Shown here piece after piece: positions 27,421 to 32,000 of a stretch of DNA of 32,000 bases. Origin of the DNA: Gemmatimonas aurantiaca T-27. GTDB lineage: Bacteria; Gemmatimonadota; Gemmatimonadetes; Gemmatimonadales; Gemmatimonadaceae. The stretch spans positions 2,021,646 through 2,053,645 of the forward strand of contig NC_012489.1 of NCBI RefSeq assembly GCF_000010305.1, in the 5' to 3' direction. The notes beneath the pieces were generated by a model. It saw only the letters and a list, made by a program, of their open reading frames with translations. It had not been told where the DNA came from and did no database searches. Each line of letters starts with the position of its first letter. Position 1 is the stretch's first letter. The position numbers and the translations under genes are program-made.

Positions 27421-28759
27421 GCAGTGTCTCCAGCAGCGCCTGCGGCAACCCGTTGCGCGAGGCAATCAGCGAGATCACCAACCCGAGCAGACGCACACGC
27501 TCTACGTCTTCTTCGGTGTAAATCCCGCGTTGGGCCCGGTTGGTCAGGTTGAGCACACCCACCAGTTCGTCGTGATAGACGAGTGGGAAGCTGATGAAAC
27601 TGCCGGTGGTGAAGTACTGATCACGCAGCAGCGGATGCTGCGAAGCTTCCCGTACATCCTGCACCAGCAGCGGCTCACGGGCTGCCGCCACCCGGCCGGC
27701 CACGCCTTCGCCGATCCGGATACGCATGCCTTCCACGATGTTGGGCGCGATCCCGCGGGCGGCCGCCAGGTAGAGATGATCCGGCTCCGGCGCACGCAGC
27801 ATGAGCGAACAGCGCTGGGCCTGCATATCGTCGCCCACGAGGGCCAACAGCGCGTCCACCAGGGTACGCGCATCGGTGGTTTCGGCATCGAGTGACAACG
27901 CGCGATCCACCAGGTACAGCGTGCGGGTGCGCTGACGCAGGGCTTCGCTGCGCCGGTGCAGTTCGATGTGGGCCTGTTCGAGCTGGCCCACGGCCGACGC
28001 GAGTTGCTGATCGGCCAGCTCCGCCTTCCGACCCGCACGACGCATCTCCTCCTGCGCCCGCGCGGCATCGGCCTGCAGGGCGATGGCTTCGGCGGAGTGG
28101 AATGCGGTGACCTGGCGGGGCGTGTTGCGCACTTCGCGCAGTTCGGCTTCGAGCACCGAGAGCTTGCGCACGTATTCACCGTGCACGCGCTGGGTGACAT
28201 CCTCGAGCGTCCGCACGGCTTCTTCGCGGGCATCCCGCTCGGAGATGCGGGCATAGGCCAGGTCGAACAGCGCAACGGCCGGCGCAATCCGCTCGGTGGT
28301 GCGGGTGCCGAAGATCTTGCGTGGCTCGTACAGCGCCAGCACGGCCCCGAGTTGTCCCTCCACCCGAAGGCCTCGCAACGCCAGCACTCCGCCGTCCAGC
28401 GCCGTGGCAAAACCGCACAGGCGCGCGTAGTCGGCCGATCGGTCGGTGACGTCGAGAAATGGACCACCCGCCAGAATCCGGGCCCGAACCGGCTCAGGGA
28501 GGTGATCGAACGTGGTCTCGATACTGGTCCGATGCACCTGTGCGCCCACGGGGGTGTAGCGGTCCCGGAGCATGTCCCGGCGCGCATCGTAGTGGATGAG
28601 CGCTACGGAGGCCCCGCGATCGAGTTCGGCGAGGCATTCGCCGAGGGCGACGAGCGCGCCATCGAGGTCGGGGGACGCCGTGAGGGCGTGCGCCAGTGAT
28701 GCGAGGGAACGTGGGGGCATGACGAGTGAAAGAGACGTGGAGAAAACGTCAGCGACCAT
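27410..28759 (-). CDS. GAF-domain protein with central coiled-coil and C-terminal GAF domain
   Basis: C-terminus LSLDAETTDARTLVDALLALVGDDMQAQRCSLMLRAPEPDHLYLAAARGIAPNIVEGMRIRIGEGVAGRVAAAREPLLVQDVREAS...SFISFPLVYHDELVGVLNLTNR; middle is charged/helical. Start at 28759 or ATG 28720. Confidence 0.82.
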   Translation of the reverse strand: MVADVFSTSLSLVMPPRSLASLAHALTASPDLDGALVALGECLAELDRGASVALIHYDARRDMLRDRYTPVGAQVHRTSIETTFDHLPEPVRARILAGGPFLDVTDRSADYARLCGFATALDGGVLALRGLRVEGQLGAVLALYEPRKIFGTRTTERIAPAVALFDLAYARISERDAREEAVRTLEDVTQRVHGEYVRKLSVLEAELREVRNTPRQVTAFHSAEAIALQADAARAQEEMRRAGRKAELADQQLASAVGQLEQAHIELHRRSEALRQRTRTLYLVDRALSLDAETTDARTLVDALLALVGDDMQAQRCSLMLRAPEPDHLYLAAARGIAPNIVEGMRIRIGEGVAGRVAAAREPLLVQDVREASQHPLLRDQYFTTGSFISFPLVYHDELVGVLNLTNRAQRGIYTEEDVERVRLLGLVISLIASRNGLPQALLETLHAR

Positions 28760-28826
28760 CACAATGCAATGGGCGGCGCTTCGTGAGTTGAAGCGGACGC
28801 CCCCCTCGCCTAGCTTCCCCGCGCTT

Positions 28827-29606
28827 ATGGACCCGCGACCGATCCTCCTGGTAACCCAGTACGACGGGGGGCGATTCGCCGGCTGGCAGCGCCAGCCCGA
28901 CGTGCGCACCGTCCAGGGTGACATGGAGCGGGTCCTGGGGCGTCTTTCCGGGGGGCTGTACGTGCCTGCCGTGGGCGCCGGCCGCACCGACGCCGGGGTG
29001 CACGCCCACGGTCAGGGCGTTGGCGTGCGAATGCCTCCTCAGTGGACCGCCCCGCGGCTCCGGCGTGCCATGAATGCCTTGCTGCCCGACGACATCTGGG
29101 TGGCCGCGGCGTACCAAATGGAGCCGGAATTCCATCCCCGGTACAGCGCAACGGCGCGGCGATATGGTTATCTTATCGGGACGGATGAATTGGCCTCGTC
29201 GCCGTTTCGCCGTCGCCACGAATGGGCACTCCATCGCCCCCTCGATGTCGAAGCGCTGCACGGCGAGGCTGCTGAACTGCTGGGAGAGCACACGTTCCGG
29301 GCGTTTGCCATAGCTCATACGGCGCCGGTCGACGATCACCACCGCTGCATCATTCATCATGCGGCGTGGGTGCCTCGCGAAGGCGGCTGGGTGTTCGAGG
29401 TGTCGGCAAACCGCTTTCTCCATCACATGGTGCGATTCCTGGTCGGGACGATGGTCGATGTGGCGCTGGGGCGCCGTCCGCGTGGTACGATCGCGCGGCT
29501 ATTGGTCACACCCGACAACGCGGACACCTCCCCGCCAGCACCCGCGCACGGTCTGTCGCTGCGCGAAGTGACGTATCCCGCGGCGCTGTACGCACAGGAA
29601 GGCTGA
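28827..29606 (+). CDS. truA: tRNA pseudouridine(38-40) synthase
   Basis: 259 aa; ILLVTQYDGGRFAGWQRQPDVRTVQGDMERVL...VGAGRTDAGVHAHGQGV...FRAFAIA...NRFLHHMVRFLVGTMVDVALGR. Confidence 0.95.
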   Translation: MDPRPILLVTQYDGGRFAGWQRQPDVRTVQGDMERVLGRLSGGLYVPAVGAGRTDAGVHAHGQGVGVRMPPQWTAPRLRRAMNALLPDDIWVAAAYQMEPEFHPRYSATARRYGYLIGTDELASSPFRRRHEWALHRPLDVEALHGEAAELLGEHTFRAFAIAHTAPVDDHHRCIIHHAAWVPREGGWVFEVSANRFLHHMVRFLVGTMVDVALGRRPRGTIARLLVTPDNADTSPPAPAHGLSLREVTYPAALYAQEG

Positions 29607-29607
29607 T

Positions 29608-31074
29608 ATGACCGCGATGCTTGCTTCTCTCACCCACCGCCGCGCCACGATGCGCTCCCGTGTCACGCTGGTGGGGCTGGTGGCGCTCGCGCTCGTCGGC
29701 TGCGAGGGGTTCAATCCCTCCGACTCGGGCGCGCAGCAGTCACGCACCCTGCCCCCTCCGCAGCCAGCGGGTCCGGTTCCGGCGCAGTCCATCAATGCGT
29801 CACGGCGTTCGGCCATCACCACCGCCGTCGAACGGGTGGCGCCAACGGTCGTGACCGTGCAGACCGAAACCGTCGAACGGGTTCCCGTCGACATCTTCGA
29901 CTACATGATGGGTGGCCGATCGGGCGAACGCCGCAATGCGGGCATCGGCTCCGGCTTTGTGGTGCGCAATGACGGGGTGATCGTCACCAATGCCCATGTC
30001 ATCGCGGGTGCCACGTCGGTGTCGGTGGCCATGCGCGACGGCACGACGTATCGCGCCACGGTGGTGGGCGTCGACGAAACCAACGATCTCGCGGTCGTGC
30101 GCATCAGCGCCAAGGATCTGCCCACGGCGCAACTGGGTCGCTCCAGCGATCTGATCGTCGGCGAATGGACCATCGCCATCGGCAATCCGTTTGGCTTCGT
30201 GCTGGGCAACACGGAGCCCAGCGTGTCGGTGGGTGTGGTGAGCGCGGTGGGACGCAACCTTGCCGGTCGCACCGAAGGTGGTGGTGTCTACATCGACATG
30301 ATCCAGACCGACGCGGCCATCAATCCCGGTAACTCCGGCGGCCCGCTGGTGAACGCCAACGGCGAAGTGATCGGTGTGAACAGCTCGATCTATTCGCCGA
30401 GTGGCGGATCGGTGGGGCTTGGGTTTGCCATCCCGATCGATCGTACGCGGCGCATCGTGGAAGACCTGCTCGAACATGGTGCCGTGCGGCATCCGTGGGT
30501 GGGCATCCGGTTGCAGACACCGCAGGTGCAGAGCGCACGGGAAGTGGCGTCGCTGGGCGCGGTGGTGGCGCGCGTGGCACCGGGATCACCCGCCGAGCGG
30601 GCCGGGGTGCGTGTAGGCGATCAGATCACGGCCGCGGCCGGGCGCCCGGTGCGCAATCCGTACGAATGGGAAGCGCGACTGCTCGATTTGCGCGTGGGCG
30701 AGTCGCTGGCCATCACACTGCGGCGTGCTGGGCGCGAGGTGCCCGCCAACATGCAGGTCGGTGATGCCCCGGAAGTGACCGCTCCCAAGGTCACCGTGCT
30801 GCGCGAATTGCAGCTCGTGACCGTGACCGATGCCATTCGCCAGGAACGTGGTATCGCATCCAACGCTGGTGCCCTCGTGTTCAAAGTGTCCGATCGCATT
30901 CGCGATGAGATCGGCCTGCAGGAAGGCGATGTGATCGCGCAAGTTGGACGCTCCCGTGTGGCATCGGCGCAGGAAGTGTCCGAAGCCATCGATCGGCAGG
31001 GCGCCCGCGGCGCCGTCGTGCTCGTGTTCGAGCGCAACCGACAGTATTTCCAGACGCAGTTCACCCTTCGTTGA
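29608..31074 (+). CDS. HtrA/Deg-family (S1C) serine protease with PDZ domains, probable lipoprotein
   Basis: 488 aa; VGLVALALVGCEGF lipobox-like N-terminus; His in GVIVTNAHVI, Asp in TNDLAVVRI, Ser in GNSGGPLVNANGEVIGVNS; PDZ-like GAVVARVAPGSPAERAGVRVGDQI. SD AGGAAGG upstream. Confidence 0.93.
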   Translation: MTAMLASLTHRRATMRSRVTLVGLVALALVGCEGFNPSDSGAQQSRTLPPPQPAGPVPAQSINASRRSAITTAVERVAPTVVTVQTETVERVPVDIFDYMMGGRSGERRNAGIGSGFVVRNDGVIVTNAHVIAGATSVSVAMRDGTTYRATVVGVDETNDLAVVRISAKDLPTAQLGRSSDLIVGEWTIAIGNPFGFVLGNTEPSVSVGVVSAVGRNLAGRTEGGGVYIDMIQTDAAINPGNSGGPLVNANGEVIGVNSSIYSPSGGSVGLGFAIPIDRTRRIVEDLLEHGAVRHPWVGIRLQTPQVQSAREVASLGAVVARVAPGSPAERAGVRVGDQITAAAGRPVRNPYEWEARLLDLRVGESLAITLRRAGREVPANMQVGDAPEVTAPKVTVLRELQLVTVTDAIRQERGIASNAGALVFKVSDRIRDEIGLQEGDVIAQVGRSRVASAQEVSEAIDRQGARGAVVLVFERNRQYFQTQFTLR

Positions 31075-31079
31075 GTTCC

Positions 31080-32000
31080 GTGACCGCTCCAGACCGTTCT
31101 CCGCACGCTACGTACCAGTCGCCGCTCGCTGATCGCTACGCCTCGAAGGCGATGCTCACGCTTTGGGGTGGACAGACCCGTTACGGACTCTGGCGCCGCC
31201 TCTGGCTCGCCCTGGCCGAATCGCAGCAGGCTCTGGGCATCGACATTCCCGATGCCGCCATCGCGGAGATGCGTGATCATCTCGACGATATCGATTTCAC
31301 GGCCGTCGCGGCGTACGAAAAGTCGTTCCGCCACGATGTGATGGCGCATGTGCACGCGTTCGGTGATGTCGCGCCGGCGGCCCGCAAGTTCATCCATCTG
31401 GGTGCCACGAGCTGTTACGTCACGGACAACACGGAACTCGTGCTGATGCGCCGTGGCCTCTCGCTGCTGCGCGAGAAGTTGCTGGATGTGCTGGAAGCGC
31501 TGGGTGGGTTTGCCCGCGAGTGGAAGGACGTGCCGGCGCTGGGCTACACGCACCTCCAGCCCGCGCAGCTCACCACGGTGGGCAAGCGCGCCACGTTGTG
31601 GATGCAGGATATCCTGCTCGACTTGGAAGACCTCGAGTATCGCATTGCCTCGCTGCCTTTCCGTGGCGTGAAGGGCACCACGGGCACGCAGGCCAGTTTC
31701 CTCACACTGTTCGACGGCGATCACGCGAAGGTGCGCGAACTCGATCGCATGGTGTGCGAGCGCATGGGGTTCAAGACCTCCATCCCGGTCAGCGGCCAGA
31801 CGTATTCCCGCAAGGTGGATGCGCAGGTGCTGGGTGTCGTGGCCGGCATCGCCTCCACGGCGTCGAAGTTCTCGGGCGATATCCGCATGTTGCAGGCGTT
31901 CGGTGAACTCGAGGAACCGTTCGAGAAGAACCAGATCGGTTCGTCGGCCATGGCGTACAAGCGCAACCCGATGCGCTCGGAGCGCATTGCGGCACTCGCC
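31080..32000 (+). CDS. purB: Adenylosuccinate lyase, C-terminus cut by window end
   Basis: Manual translation from GTG 31080: MTAPDRSPHATYQSPLADRYASKAMLTLWGGQTRYGLWRRLWLALAESQQALGI...FIHLGATSCYVTDN...GTTGTQASFL...GSSAMAYKRNPMRSERIAALA. Confidence 0.94.
   Translation, partial: MTAPDRSPHATYQSPLADRYASKAMLTLWGGQTRYGLWRRLWLALAESQQALGIDIPDAAIAEMRDHLDDIDFTAVAAYEKSFRHDVMAHVHAFGDVAPAARKFIHLGATSCYVTDNTELVLMRRGLSLLREKLLDVLEALGGFAREWKDVPALGYTHLQPAQLTTVGKRATLWMQDILLDLEDLEYRIASLPFRGVKGTTGTQASFLTLFDGDHAKVRELDRMVCERMGFKTSIPVSGQTYSRKVDAQVLGVVAGIASTASKFSGDIRMLQAFGELEEPFEKNQIGSSAMAYKRNPMRSERIAALA

Noticed and set aside
1-32000. Defence island, prophage, integron, toxin-antitoxin, BGC, tRNA/rRNA
   Set aside because: No transposase, integrase, restriction, Cas, toxin/antitoxin, NRPS/PKS or tRNA/rRNA signatures recognised; gene content is housekeeping. 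The HD-GYP/HEAT pair was considered as a defence or signalling module, but only the sequence features stated are supported.

Overview
High-GC, gene-dense bacterial chromosomal window. The gene content would fit a Gemmatimonadota-like genome, but that taxonomic guess is unverified. Almost all of it is housekeeping or metabolic genes: recQ (cut by the window start), a U32 peptidase-family gene, a coupled AtuA / acyl-CoA carboxyltransferase / B12-binding-subunit cassette, and a tightly coupled run aspS-phoH/ybeZ-ybeY-CNNM/CorC x2-meaB-methyltransferase. These are followed by an outer-membrane-like protein gene plus rlmN, a convergent LytR_C gene, an HD hydrolase, and a trp cluster (trpD | lexA opposite | trpC-trpF-trpB-[HEAT protein]-[HD-GYP protein]-trpA). 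The window ends with a GAF-domain protein, truA, an HtrA/Deg-type protease and purB (cut by the window end). I see no CRISPR array, tRNA, rRNA, transposase, prophage or recognisable defence island, and no convincing wholly new multi-gene system. The points most worth a second look are: (i) a 44-nt, 42/44 matching inverted repeat with internal 11-nt tandem units between recQ and the U32 gene; (ii) two regulatory-type genes coupled inside the trp operon whose products appear to share an N-terminal domain; (iii) a duplicated 17-bp motif upstream of lexA with CTTC-N7-CTTC geometry; (iv) the B12/AtuA cassette; (v) a 72-bp antiparallel coding overlap at the rlmN 3' end; (vi) possible leaderless promoters.
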